A stretch of DNA of 64,000 bases from the human T2T-CHM13v2.0 reference genome, Homo sapiens (GCF_009914755.1 NC_060931.1); one strand, 5' to 3'; counted from the first letter of the stretch, positions 42,601 to 57,700 are shown. Program-made: numbers and translations. Notes: generated by a model from the sequence alone, not told the origin.

Positions 42601-45600
42601 ATTCCATTGCACTCGGGTTGATTCCATTCCATTCCATTCCACTCCATTCCATTCCATTCCATTCCATTTCATTCCTTTCCATTCCATTCGGGTTGATTCC
42701 ATTGCGTTGCATTCCATTCCATTCCTTTCCGTTGCATTCCATTCAATTCAATTCCATTCCTATCCATTCCATTACACTCCACTCGCTTTGATTCCATTCC
42801 ATTCCATTCCATTCTGTTCCATTCCTTTCCATTCCATTGTAGTTGGTTCCGTTCCATTCCATTCCATTCCATTCCATTCCACTAAACACGGGTGTATTCT
42901 ATTCCATTCCATTACATTACATTACATTTATTTCCATTCGGATTGATTTCATTTTATTCATTGCATTCCATTCCATTCCATTCCATTCCATTGCACGTGG
43001 GTTGATTCCATTAAATTCCCTTCCATTCCGTTACATTCCATTCCATTCTATTCCATTTCATTCCAATCCATGGCATTCCATACCATTCCATTCCATTCGT
43101 GTTGATTCCATTGCATTCTATTCCATTCCATTGCACTCGGGTTGATTCCATTCCACTCCGTACAATTCAATCCCATTCCATTTCATTCCATTCCATTCCA
43201 CTCAGGATGATTACATTCCAGTCCATTGCGTTCCATTCCTTTCCATTCCATTCCACTCCACTGGTGTGGATTCCATTCCATTCCATTCCATTCCATTCCA
43301 TTCTATTCCGTTCCATTCCATTCCACTCGTATTGATTCCATTACATTCTATTCCATTCCATTTCATTCCATTCCATTCCACTCGTATTGATTCCATTACA
43401 TTCTATTCCATTCCATTTCATTCCATTCCATTCCGTTCCATTCAATTCCATTCCATTCCACTCGGATTGATTCCATTCTATTCCATTCCATTCCATTCCA
43501 TTCCATTCCATTCGGGTTAATTCCATTCCATTCCATTCCATTCTACTCCATTCCTTTACATTGCACTCGCATTGATTTCACTCCCTTCCAATAAATTCCA
43601 TTCCCTTCTATTCCATTCCATTCCATTCCAATACACTCCACTAGCTTTGATTCCACTCCATTCCATTGTATTCCATTCCATTCCACTCGGGTTGATACCA
43701 TTTCATTCCATTGCATTCCATTCCACTCCAATCCATTCCATTCTATTCCACTAGGGTTGATTCCATTCCACTCCATTCCATTCCATTCCATTCCATCCCA
43801 TTCCATTCCATTCCAGTTGATTCCGTTCCATTCCAATCCATTCCGTTTCATTCCATTCCATTCCTTTCCAGTCCATTCCACTTATATTGTATCCATTCCA
43901 TTCCATTGCATTCAATTCCATTTGATTCCATTCCATTCTAATCCATAACAGTGCATTCCACTCCATTCCACACGGATGGATTCCCTTCCATTCCATTCCA
44001 TTCCATTCCAATCCATTCCATTCCACTTCACTCGAGTTGATACCAATGCATTTCCTCCCATTCCATTCCATTCCATTCCATTCCATTCCATTCCATTCCA
44101 CTTGGGTTGATTCCATGCCATTCCTTTCCATTCCATTCCATTCCATTCCATTCCATTCCATTCCACTCGGGTTGATTCCATTCCATTCCTTTCCATTCCA
44201 TTCCAGTTGGTTCCGTTCCATTCCATTCCATTCCATTCCATTCCATTCCATTCCATTCTATTCCGTTCCATTCCATTCCACTCGTATAGATTCCATTCCA
44301 TTCTATTCCATTCCTTTCCATTCCATTCCATTTCATTCCAGTCGGGTTGATTCCATTCCATTCCTTTCCATTCCATTCCAGTTGGTTCCGTTCCATTCCA
44401 TTCCATTCCATTCCATTCCATTCCATTCCATTCTATTCTATTCCGTTCCATTCCATTCCACTCGTATTGTTTCCATTCCATTCTATTCCATTCCTTTCCA
44501 TTCCATTCCATTTCATTCCACTCGGGTTGATTCCATTCCATTCCTTTCCATTCCATTCCATTCCATTCTACTCGGGTTGATTCCTTTCCATTCCATTCCA
44601 TTCCACTCCATTCCATTCCACTTGGGTTGCTTCCATTTCCTTCCATTCCATTCCATTCCTTACCATTCCACTTCATTCCATTCATTCCCTTCCACTCGGA
44701 TGGATTCCACTCCATTCCATTAAATTCCATTCCATTCCATTCCATTTCATTCCATTCCAATCAATTCCACTTGCATTGAATCCATTCCTTTCCATTCCAT
44801 TCCATTCCACTCCATTCCACTCGGGATGATTCCATTCCATTCCATTCCATTCCGTTCCGTTCCATTGGACTCCATTTCAATCCATTCAATTCCATTTGAT
44901 TCCATTCCATTCCATTCAATTCCATTCCATTCCTATCCCCTCAGGTTGATTCCATTCCGTTTATTCCATTCCGTTCCATTCCATTCCATTCCATTCCATT
45001 CCATTCTACTTGGGTTTATTCCATTCCATTCCCTTCCATTCCCTTATATTCCATTCCATTTCATTCCTTTCCATTCCATTCGGGCTGATTCCTTTGCATT
45101 CCATTCCATTCCATTCCTTTCCGTTGTATTCTATTCAAAGCAATTCCATTTCTATCCATTCCATTACACTCCTCTCACTTTGATTCCATTCTATTCCATT
45201 CCATTCCATTCTGTTCCATTCCTTTCCTTTGCATTCCAGTTGGTTCCATTCCTTTTCATTCCATTCCATTCCATTCTATTCCGTTCCATTCCATTCAACT
45301 CATATTGATTCCATTCTATTCTATTCCATTCCATTCTATTCCATTCCATCCCATTTCATTCCGTTACGTTTCATTCCATTCCATTCCACTCGGATTGATT
45401 CCATTCCATTCCATTCCATTCCATTCCATTCCATTCCATTCCACTCAGGTTGATTCCATTCCATTCCATTCCATTCTGTCCCATTCCATTCCATTCTATT
45501 ACATTCCATTCTATTCCATTCCATTCCATTCCATTTCATGCCATTCCATTCCACTCATGTTGATTCCATTCCACTGCATTCCATTGCATTCCGTTCCAAT

Positions 45601-48600
45601 CCATTCCAATCCATTCCATTACACTCGGGTTGATTCCATTTCATTCCATTCAATTCCATTCCATTCCCACTGTGTTGACTCCATTCCATTCTATTCCATT
45701 GCATTCCATTATGGTTGATCAATTCCATTGCATTCAACTTCATCCATTCCATTCCATTCCACTCGTGTTTATTCCATTCCATTCCATTCCATTCCATTCC
45801 ATTCCATTCCATTACTCTCAGGTTGATTCCATTCCACTACATTCCATTCCATTCCGTTCCTTTTGGGTTAATTCCTCACCGTTCTATACCATTCCATTCC
45901 ATGCCACTCCACTCCAATCTCTTTGAGTCCATTCCATTCCATTCCGTTCCATTCCATTCCACTCGGGTTGATTCCTTTCCAATCCATTCCATTCCATTCC
46001 ATGCCATTCCGTTCCATTCCATTCCATTCCATTCCATTCCATTCCATTCCATTCCATTCCATTCCTGTCACGTTTTTTCCATGCCATTCCATTCCATTCC
46101 TTTCCATTCCATTACAGTTGATTCTATTCCATTCCATTCCATTCCATTCCATTCCATTCCATTCCACTCCATTCCATTCCACTTGGGTTGCTTCCATTTC
46201 ATTCCATTCCATTCCTTACCATTGCACTTCATTCCATTCCATTCCATTCCACTCGGATGGATTCCACTCCATTCCATTCCATTCCAGTCAATTCCACTTG
46301 CATTGAATCCATTCCTTTCCATTCCATTCCATTCCACTCCATTCCACTCGGGATGATTCCATTCCATTCCATTATTACATTCCATTCCGTTCCATTGCAC
46401 TCCACGTCAATCCATTCAATTCAAGTTGATTCCATTCCATTCCTATCCCCTCAGGTTGATTCCATTCCATTCTATTCCATTCCATTCCATTCCATTCTAC
46501 TTGTGTTGATTCAATTCCATTCCCTTCCATTCCCTTATATTCCATTCTATTCCATTCCATTTCATTCCTCTCCATTCCATTCGTGTTGATTCCATTCCAT
46601 TCCATTCCATTCCATTCTATTCCGTTCCATTCCATTCCACTCGTATTGATTACATTCCATTCTATTCCATTCCATTCCATTCCATTCCATTCCATTCCAT
46701 TCCATTGCACCCGGGTTGATTCCATTCCATTCCATTGCATTTGATTCCATTTCATTCAATTCAGGTTGATTCCATAACATTCCATTCTATTCCATTCCTT
46801 TCCATTCCATTCCACACCATTCTATTCCATTCCATTCCATGCCATTCCTCTCGTATCTCTTTGATTCCATTCCATTCCATTCCATTCTCTTCCATTCCAC
46901 TCGGGTTGATTCCATTCCATTCCATTCCGTTCCATTCCATTCCATTCGGGTTAATTCCATTCCATTCCATTCCATTCTACTCCATTCCATTCCATTCCAC
47001 TCGGATTGATTTCACGGCATTCCAATCCATTCCATTCCCTTCTATTCCATTCCATTCCATTCCAATCCACTCCACTACCTTTGATTCCATTCCATTCCAT
47101 TGCTTTCCATTGCATTCCATTCCATTCCATTCCATTCCATTTCACTCGTGTTGATTCCATTCCATTCCCTTCCATTCCATTCCATTCGATTCCACTCGTG
47201 TTGATTCCATTCCATTCCCTTCCATTCCATTCCATTCCATGCCATTCCATTCCGTTCCATTCCAGTCCATGCCAATCCATACCATTCCATTACACTCTGG
47301 TTCATGCCATTCCATTCCATTTCATTCCTCTCCCTTCCATTCCACTCGCGTTGCAACTTAGGTCGATTCCATTGCATTGGATTCCATTCCATTCCATTCC
47401 ATTGCACTCGGGTTGATTCCATTCCATTCCATTCCACTCCATTCCATTCCATTCCATTCCATTTCATTCCTTTCCATTCCATTCGGGTTGATTCCATTGC
47501 GTTGCATTCCATTCCATTCCTTTCCGTTGCATTCCATTCAATTCAATTCCATTCCTATCCATTCCATTACACTCCACTCGCTTTGATTCCATTCCATTCC
47601 ATTCCATTCTGTTCCATTCCTTTTCATTCCATTGTAGTTGGTTCCGTTCCATTCCATTCCATTCCATTCCATTCCACTGATCACGGGTGTATTCTATTCC
47701 ATTCCATTCCATTACATTACATTTATTTCCATTCGGATTGATTTCATTTTATTCATTGCATTCCATTCCATTCCATTCCATTCCATTGCACGTGGGTTGA
47801 TTCCATTAAATTCCCTTCCATTCCGTTACATTCCATTCCATTCTATTCCATTTCATTCCAATCCATGGCATTCCATACCATTCCATTCCATTCGTGTTGA
47901 TTCCATTGCATTCTATTCCATTCCATTGCACTCGGGTTGATTCCATTCCACTCCGTACAATTCAATCCCATTCCATTTCATTCCATTCCATTCCACTCAG
48001 GATGATTACATTCCAGTCCATTGCGTTCCATTCCTTTCCATTCCATTCCACTCCACTGGTGTGGATTCCATTCCATTCCATTCCATTCCGTTCCATTCCA
48101 TTCCATTCCATTCCACTCGTATTGATTCCATTACATTCTATTCCATTCCATTTCATTCCATTCCATTCCGTTCCATTCAATTCCATTCCATTCCACTCGG
48201 ATTGATTCCATTCTATTCCATTCCATTCCATTCCATTCCATTCCATTCGGGTTAATTCCATTCCATTCCATTCCATTCTACTCCATTCCTTTACATTGCA
48301 CTCGCATTGATTTCACTCCCTTCCAATAAATTCCATTCCCTTCTATTCCATTCCATTCCATTCCAATACACTCCACTAGCTTTGATTCCACTCCATTCCA
48401 TTGTATTCCATTCCATTCCACTCGGGTTGATACCATTTCATTCCATTGCATTCCATTCCACTCCAATCCATTCCATTCTATTCCACTAGGGTTGATTCCA
48501 TTCCACTCCATTCCATTCCATTCCATTCCATTCCATCCCATTCCATTCCATTCCAGTTGATTCCGTTCCATTCCAATCCATTCCGTTTCATTCCATTCCA

Positions 48601-51600
48601 TTCCTTTCCAGTCCATTCCACTTATATTGTATCCATTCCATTCCATTGCATTCAATTCCATTTGATTCCATTCCATTCTAATCCATAACAGTGCATTCCA
48701 CTCCATTCCACACGGATGGATTCCCTTCCATTCCATTCCATTCCATTCCAATCCATTCCATTCCACTTCACTCGAGTTGATACCAATGCATTTCCTCCCA
48801 TTCCATTCCATTCCATTCCATTCCATTCCATTCCATTCCACTCGGGTTGATTCCATGCCATTCCTTTCCATTCCATTCCATTCCATTCCATTCCACTCGG
48901 GTTGATTCCATTCCATTCCTTTCCATTCCATTCCAGTTGGTTCCGTTCCATTCCATTCCATTCCATTCCATTCCATTCCATTCCATTCTATTCCGTTCCA
49001 TTCCATTCCACTCGTATTGATTCCATTCCATTCTATTCCATTCCTTTCCATTCCATTCCATTTCATTCCACTCGGGTTGATTCCATTCCATTCCTTTCCA
49101 TTCCATTCCAGTTGGTTCCGTTCCATTCCATTCCATTCCATTCCATTCCATTCCATTCTATTCCGTTCCATTCCATTCCACTCGTATTGTTTCCATTCCA
49201 TTCTATTCCATTCCTTTCCATTCCATTCCATTTCATTCCACTCGGGTTGATTCCATTCCATTCCTTTCCATTCCATTCCATTCCATTCTACTCGGGTTGA
49301 TTCCTTTCCATTCCATTCCATTCCACTCCATTCCATTCCACTTGGGTTGCTTCCATTTCCTTCCATTCCATTCCATTCCTTACCATTCCACTTCATTCCA
49401 TTCCATTCCCTTCCACTCGGATGGATTCCACTCCATTGCATTAAATTCCATTCCATTCCATTCCATTTCATTCCATTCCAATCAATTCCACTTGCATTGA
49501 ATCCATTCCTTTCCATTCCGTTCCATTCCACTCCATTCCACTCGGGATGATTCCATTCCATTCCATTACATTCCGTTCCGTTCCATTGGACTCCATTTCA
49601 ATCCATTCAATTCCATTTGATTCCATTCCATTCCATTCAATTCCATTCCATTCCTATCCCCTCAGGTTGATTCCATTCCTTTTATTCCATTCCGTTCCAT
49701 TCCATTCCATTCCATTCCATTCCATTCTACTTGGGTTTATTCCATTCCATTCCCTTCCATTCCCTTATATTCCATTCCATTTCATTCCTTTCCATTCCAT
49801 TTGGGCTGATTCCTTTGCATTCCATTCCATTCCATTCCTTTCCGTTGTATTCTATTCAAAGCAATTCCATTTCTATCCGTTCCATTACACTCCTCTCACT
49901 TTGATTCCATTCTATTCCATTCCATTCCATTCTGTTCCATTCCTTTCCTTTGCATTCCAGTTGGTTCCATTCCTTTTCATTCCATTCCATTCCATTCTAT
50001 TCCGTTCCATTCCATTCAACTCATATTGATTCCATTCTATTCTATTCCATTCCATTCTATTCCATTCCATCCCATTTCATTCCGTTACGTTTCATTCCAT
50101 TCCATTCCACTCGGATTGATTCCATTCCATTCCATTCCATTCCATTCCATTCCATTCCATTCCACTCAGGTTGATTCCATTCCATTCCATTCCATTCTGT
50201 CCCATTCCATTCCATTCTATTACATTCCATTCTATTCCATTCCATTCCATTCCATTTCATGCCATTCCATTCCACTCATGTTGATTCCATTCCACTGCAT
50301 TCCATTGCATTCCGTTCCAATCCATTCTAATCCATTCCATTACACTCGGGTTGATTCCATTTCATTCCATTCCATTCCATTCCATTCCCACTGTGTTGAC
50401 TCCATTCCATTCCATTCCATTGCATTCCATTATGGTTGATCAATTCCATTGCATTCAACTCCATCCATTCCATTCCATTCCACTCGTGTTGATTCCATTC
50501 CATTCCATTCCATTCCATTCCATTACTCTCAGGTTGATTCCATTCCACTACATTCCATTCCATTCCGTTCCTTTTGGGTTAATTCCTCACCGTTCTATAC
50601 CATTCCATTCCATGCCATTCCACTCCAATCTCTTTGAGTCCATTCCATTCCATTCCGTTCCATTCCATTCCACTCGGGTTGATTCCTTTCCATTCCATTC
50701 CATTCCATGCCATTCCATGCCATTCCATTCCATTCCATTCCATGCCATTCCATTCCATTCCATTCCATTCCATTCCATTCCATTCCATTCCTGTCACGTT
50801 TTTTCCATGCCATTCCATTCCATTCCTTTCCATTCCATTACAGTTGATTCTATTCCATTCCATTCCATTCCATTCCATTCCATTCCACTCCATTCCATTC
50901 CACTTGGGTTGCTTCCATTTCATTCCATTCCATTCCTTACCATTGCACTTCATTCCATTCCATTCCATTCCACTCGGATGGATTCCACTCCATTCCATTC
51001 CATTCCAGTCAATTCCACTTGCATTGAATCCATTCCTTTCCATTCCATTCCATTCCACTCCATTCCACTCGTGATGATTCCATTCCATTCCATTATTACA
51101 TTCCATTCCGTTCCATTGCACTCCACGTCAATCCATTCAATTCAAGTTGATTCCATTCCATTCCTATCCCCTCAGGTTGATTCCATTCCATTCTATTCCA
51201 TTCCATTCCATTCCATTCCATTCCATTCTACTTGTGTTGATTCAATTCCATTCCCTTCCATTCCCTTATATTCCATTCTATTCCATTCCATTTCATTCCT
51301 CTCCATTCCATTCGTGTTGATTCCATTCCATTCCATTCTATTCCGTTCCATTCCATTCCACTCGTATTGATTACATTCCATTCTATTCCATTCCATTCCA
51401 TTCCATTCCATTCCATTCCATTGCACCCGGGTTGATTCCATTCCATTCCATTGCATTTGATTCCATTTCATTCAATTCAGGTTGATTCCATAACATTCCA
51501 TTCTATTCCATTCCTTTCCATTCCATTCCACACCATTCTATTCCATTCCATTCCATGCCATTCCTCTCGTATCTCTTTGATTCCATTCCATTCCATTCCA

Positions 51601-51700
51601 TTCTCTTCTATTCCACTCGGGTTGATTCCATTCCATTCCATTCCGTTCCATTCCATTCCATTCGGGTTAATTCCATTCCATTCCATTCCATTCTACTCCA
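39625..51700 (+). repeat. Domain B1: tandem ~4.7-4.8 kb HSat3 higher-order units (~2.6 copies)
   Basis: CAACTTAGGTCG at 42559, 47354 and 52070 (spacings 4795, 4716). Words restricted to the long unit: CCTGTCACGTTTTTTCC (~41307, ~46064, ~50790), CCTCACCGTTCTATACC, CATTGGACTCC. Confidence 0.9.
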
Positions 51701-54700
51701 TTCCATTCCATTCCACTCGGATTGATTTCACGGCATTCCAATCCATTCCATTCCCTTCTATTCCATTCCATTCCATTCCAATCCACTCCACTACCTTTGA
51801 TTCCATTCCATTCCATTGCTTTCCATTGCATTGCATTCCATTCCATTCCATTCCATTTCACTCGTGTTGATTCCATTCCATTCCCTTCCATTCCATTCCA
51901 TTCGATTCCACTCGTGTTGATTCCATTCCATTCCCTTCCATTCCATTCCATTCCATGCCATTCCATTCCGTTCCATTCCAGTCCATGCCAATCCATACCA
52001 TTCCATTACACTCTGGTTCATGCCATTCCATTCCATTTCATTCCTCTCCCTTCCATTCCACTCGCGTTGCAACTTAGGTCGATTCCATTGCATTGGATTC
52101 CATTCCATTCCATTCCATTGCACTCGGGTTGATTCCATTCCATTCCATTCCACTCCATTCCATTCCATTCCATTCCATTTCATTCCTTTCCATTCCATTC
52201 GGGTTGATTCCATTGCGTTGCATTCCATTCCATTCCTTTCCGTTGCATTCCATTCAATTCAATTCCATTCCTATCCATTCCATTACACTCCACTCGCTTT
52301 GATTCCATTCCATTCCATTCCATTCTGTTCCATTCCTTTCCATTCCATTGTAGTTGGTTCCGTTCCATTCCATTCCATTCCATTCCATTTCACTGATCAC
52401 GGGTGTATTCTATTCCATTCCATTACATTACATTACATTTATTTCCATTCGGATTGATTTCATTTTATTCATTGCATTCCATTCCATTCCATTCCATTCC
52501 ATTGCACGTGGGTTGATTCCATTAAATTCCCTTCCATTCCGTTACATTCCATTCCATTCTATTCCATTTCATTCCAATCCATGGCATTCCATACCATTCC
52601 ATTCCATTCGTGTTGATTCCATTGCATTCTATTCCATTCCATTGCACTCGGGTTGATTCCATTCCACTCCGTACAATTCAATCCCATTCCATTTCATTCC
52701 ATTCCATTCCACTCAGGATGATTACATTCCAGTCCTTTGCGTTCCATTCCTTTCCATTCCATTCCACTCCACTGGTGTGGATTCCATTCCATTCCATTCC
52801 ATTCCATTCCATTCTATTCCGTTCCATTCCATTCCACTCGTATTGATTCCATTACATTCTATTCCATTCCATTTCATTCCATTCCATTCCGTTCCATTCA
52901 ATTCCATTCCATTCCACTCGGATTGATTCCATTCTATTCCATTCCATTCCATTCCATTCCATTCGGGTTAATTCCATTCCATTCCATTCCATTCTACTCC
53001 ATTCCTTTACATTGCACTCGCATTGATTTCACTCCCTTCCAATAAATTCCATTCCCTTCTATTCCATTCCATTCCATTCCAATACACTCCACTAGCTTTG
53101 ATTCCACTCCATTCCATTGTATTCCATTCCATTCCACTCGGGTTGATACCATTTCATTCCATTGCATTCCATTCCACTCCAATCCATTCCATTCTATTCC
53201 ACTAGGGTTGATTCCATTCCACTCCATTCCATTCCATTCCATTCCATCCCATTCCATTCCATTCCAGTTGATTCCGTTCCATTCCAATCCATTCCGTTTC
53301 ATTCCATTCCATTCCTTTCCAGTCCATTCCACTTATATTGTATCCATTCCATTCCATTGCATTCAATTCCATTTGATTCCATTCCATTCTAATCCATAAC
53401 AGTGCATTCCACTCCATTCCACACGGATGGATTCCCTTCCATTCCATTCCATTCCATTCCAATCCATTCCATTCCACTTCACTCGAGTTGATACCAATGC
53501 ATTTCCTCCCATTCCATTCCATTCCATTCCATTCCATTCCACTCGGGTTGATTCCATTCCATTCCTTTCCATTCCATTCCATTCCATTCCATTCCATTCC
53601 ACTCGGGTTGATTCCATTCCATTCCTTTCCATTCCATTCCAGTTGGTTCCGTTCCATTCCATTCCATTCCATTCCATTCCATTCCATTCCATTCTATTCC
53701 GTTCCATTCCATTCCTCTCGTATTGATTCCATTCCATTCTATTCCATTCCTTTCCATTCCATTCCATTTCATTCCACTCGGATTGATTCCATTCCATTCC
53801 TTTCCATTCCATTCCAGTTGGTTCCGTTCCATTCCATTCCATTCCATTCCATTCCATTATATTCCTTTCCATTCCATTCCACTCGTATTGTTTCCATTCC
53901 ATTCTATTCCATTCCTTTCCATTCCATTCCATTTCATTCCACTCGGGTTGATTCCATTCCATTCCTTTCCATTCCATTCCATTCCATTCTACTCGGGTTG
54001 ATTCCTTTCCATTCCATTCCATTCCACTCCATTCCATTCCACTTGGTTTGCTTCCATTTCCTTCCATTCCATTCCATTCCTTACCATTCCACTTCATTCC
54101 ATTCCATTCCTTTCCACTCGGATGGATTCCACTCCATTCCATTAAATTCCATTCCATTCCATTCCATTTCATTCCATTCCAATCAATTCCACTTGCATTG
54201 AATCCATTCCTTTCCATTCCATTCCATTCCACTCCATTCCACTCGTGATGATTCCATTCCATTCCATTACATTCCATTCCGTTGCATTGCACTCCACGTC
54301 AATCCATTCAATTCAAGTTGATTCCGTTCCATTCCTATCCCCTCAGGTTGATTCCATTCCATTCTATTCCATTCCATTCCATTCCATTCTACTTGTGTTG
54401 ATTCAATTCCATTCCCTTCCATTCCCTTATATTCCATTCTATTCCATTCCATTTCATTCCTCTCCATTCCATTCGTGTTGATTCCATTCCATTCCATTCC
54501 ATTCCATTCTATTCCATTCCATTCCATTCCACTCGTATTGATTACATTCCATTCTATTCCATTCCATTCCATTCCATTCCATTCCATTCCATTCCATTCC
54601 ATTGCACCCGGGTTGATTCCATTCCATTCCATTGCATTTGATTCCATTTCATTCAATTCAGGTTGATTCCATAACATTCCATTCTATTCCATTCCTTTCC

Positions 54701-57700
54701 ATTCCATTCCACACCATTCTATTGCATTCCATTCCATGCCATTCCTCTCGTATCTCTTTGATTCCATTCCATTCCATTCCATTCTCTTCCATTCCACTCG
54801 GGTTGATTCCATTCCATTCCATTCCGTTCCATTCCATTCCATTCGGGTTAATTCCATTCCATTCCATTCCATTCTACTCCATTCCATTCCATTCCACTCG
54901 GATTGATTTCACGGCATTCCAATCCATTCCATTCCCTTCTATTCCATTCCATTCCATTCCAATCCACTCCACTACCTTTGATTCCATTCCATTCCATTGC
55001 TTTCCATTGCATTGCATTCCATTCCATTCCATTCCATTTCACTCGTGTTGATTCCATTCCATTCCCTTCCATTCCATTCCATTCGATTCCACTCGTGTTG
55101 ATTCCATTCCATTCCCTTCCATTCCATTCCATTCCATGCCATTCCATTCCGTTCCATTCCAGTCCATGCCAATCCATACCATTCCATTACACTCTGGTTC
55201 ATGCCATTCCATTCCATTTCATTCCTCTCCCTTCCATTCCACTCGCGTTGCAACTTAGGTCGATTCCATTGCATTGGATTCCATTCCATTCCATTCCATT
55301 GCACTCGGGTTGATTCCATTCCATTCCATTCCACTCCATTCCATTCCATTCCATTCCATTTCATTCCTTTCCATTCCATTCGGGTTGATTCCATTGCGTT
55401 GCATTCCATTCCATTCCTTTCCGTTGCATTCCATTCAATTCAATTCCATTCCTATCCATTCCATTACACTCCACTCGCTTTGATTCCATTCCATTCCATT
55501 CCATTCTGTTCCATTCCTTTCCATTCCATTGTAGTTGGTTCCGTTCCATTCCATTCCATTCCATTCCATTTCACTGATCACGGGTGTATTCTATTCCATT
55601 CCATTCCATTACATTACATTTATTTCCATTCGGATTGATTTCATTTTATTCATTGCATTCCATTCCATTCCATTCCATTCCATTGCACGTGGGTTGATTC
55701 CATTAAATTCCCTTCCATTCCGTTACATTCCATTCCATTCTATTCCATTTCATTCCAATCCATGGCATTCCATACCATTCCATTCCATTCGTGTTGATTC
55801 CATTGCATTCTATTCCATTCCATTGCACTCGGGTTGATTCCATTCCACTCCGTACAATTCAATCCCATTCCATTTCATTCCATTCCATTCCACTCAGGAT
55901 GATTACATTCCAGTCCTTTGCGTTCCATTCCTTTCCATTCCATTCCACTCCACTGGTGTGGATTCCATTCCATTCCATTCCATTCCATTCCATTCTATTC
56001 CGTTCCATTCCATTCCACTCGTATTGATTCCATTACATTCTATTCCATTCCATTTCATTCCATTCCATTCCGTTCCATTCAATTCCATTCCATTCCACTC
56101 GGATTGATTCCATTCTATTCCATTCCATTCCATTCCATTCCATTCGGGTTAATTCCATTCCATTCCATTCCATTCTACTCCATTCCTTTACATTGCACTC
56201 GCATTGATTTCACTCCCTTCCAATAAATTCCATTCCCTTCTATTCCATTCCATTCCATTCCAATACACTCCACTAGCTTTGATTCCACTCCATTCCATTG
56301 TATTCCATTCCATTCCACTCGGGTTGATACCATTTCATTCCATTGCATTCCATTCCACTCCAATCCATTCCATTCTATTCCACTAGGGTTGATTCCATTC
56401 CACTCCATTCCATTCCATTCCATTCCATCCCATTCCATTCCATTCCAGTTGATTCCGTTCCATTCCAATCCATTCCGTTTCATTCCATTCCATTCCTTTC
56501 CAGTCCATTCCACTTATATTGTATCCATTCCATTCCATTGCATTCAATTCCATTTGATTCCATTCCATTCTAATCCATAACAGTGCATTCCACTCCATTC
56601 CACACGGATGGATTCCCTTCCATTCCATTCCATTCCATTCCAATCCATTCCATTCCACTTCACTCGAGTTGATACCAATGCATTTCCTCCCATTCCATTC
56701 CATTCCATTCCATTCCATTCCATTCCACTCGGGTTGATTCCATTCCATTCCTTTCCATTCCATTCCAGTTGGTTCCGTTCCATTCCATTCCATTCCATTC
56801 CATTCCATTCCATTCCATTCTATTCCGTTCCATTCCATTCCTCTCGTATTGATTCCATTCCATTCTATTCCATTCCTTTCCATTCCATTCCATTTCATTC
56901 CACTCGGATTGATTCCATTCCATTCCTTTCCATTCCATTCCAGTTGGTTCCGTTCCATTCCATTCCATTCCATTCCATTCTATTCCTTTCCATTTCATTC
57001 CACTCGTATTGTTTCCATTCCATTCTATTCCATTCCTTTCCATTCCATTCCATTTCATTCCACTCGGGTTGATTCCATTCCATTCCTTTCCATTCCATTC
57101 CATTCCATTCTACTCGGGTTGATTCCTTTCCATTCCATTCCATTCCACTCCATTCCATTCCACTTGGTTTGCTTCCATTTCCTTCCATTCCATTCCATTC
57201 CTTACCATTCCACTTCATTCCATTCCATTCCTTTCCACTCGGATGGATTCCACTCCATTCCATTAAATTCCATTCCATTCCATTCCATTTCATTCCATTC
57301 CAATCAATTCCACTTGCATTGAATCCATTCCTTTCCATTCCATTCCATTCCACTCCATTCCACTCGTGATGATTCCATTCCATTCCATTACATTCCATTC
57401 CGTTGCATTGCACTCCACGTCAATCCATTCAATTCAAGTTGATTCCGTTCCATTCCTATCCCCTCAGGTTGATTCCATTCCATTCTATTCCATTCCATTC
57501 CATTCCATTCTACTTGTGTTGATTCAATTCCATTCCCTTCCATTCCCTTATATTCCATTCTATTCCATTCCATTTCATTCCTCTCCATTCCATTCGTGTT
57601 GATTCCATTCCATTCCATTCCATTCCATTCTATTCCGTTCCATTCCATTCCACTCGTATTGATTACATTCCATTCTATTCCATTCCATTCCATTCCATTC

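Noticed and set aside
48278-49561. 427 aa - strand ORF and other MEWNG-repeat ORFs
   Set aside because: These are the translation of (GGAAT)n, which supplies an ATG in every pentamer. The frame differs among the homologous units (166, 427, 161, 196, 361 aa), so there is no sign of coding constraint.
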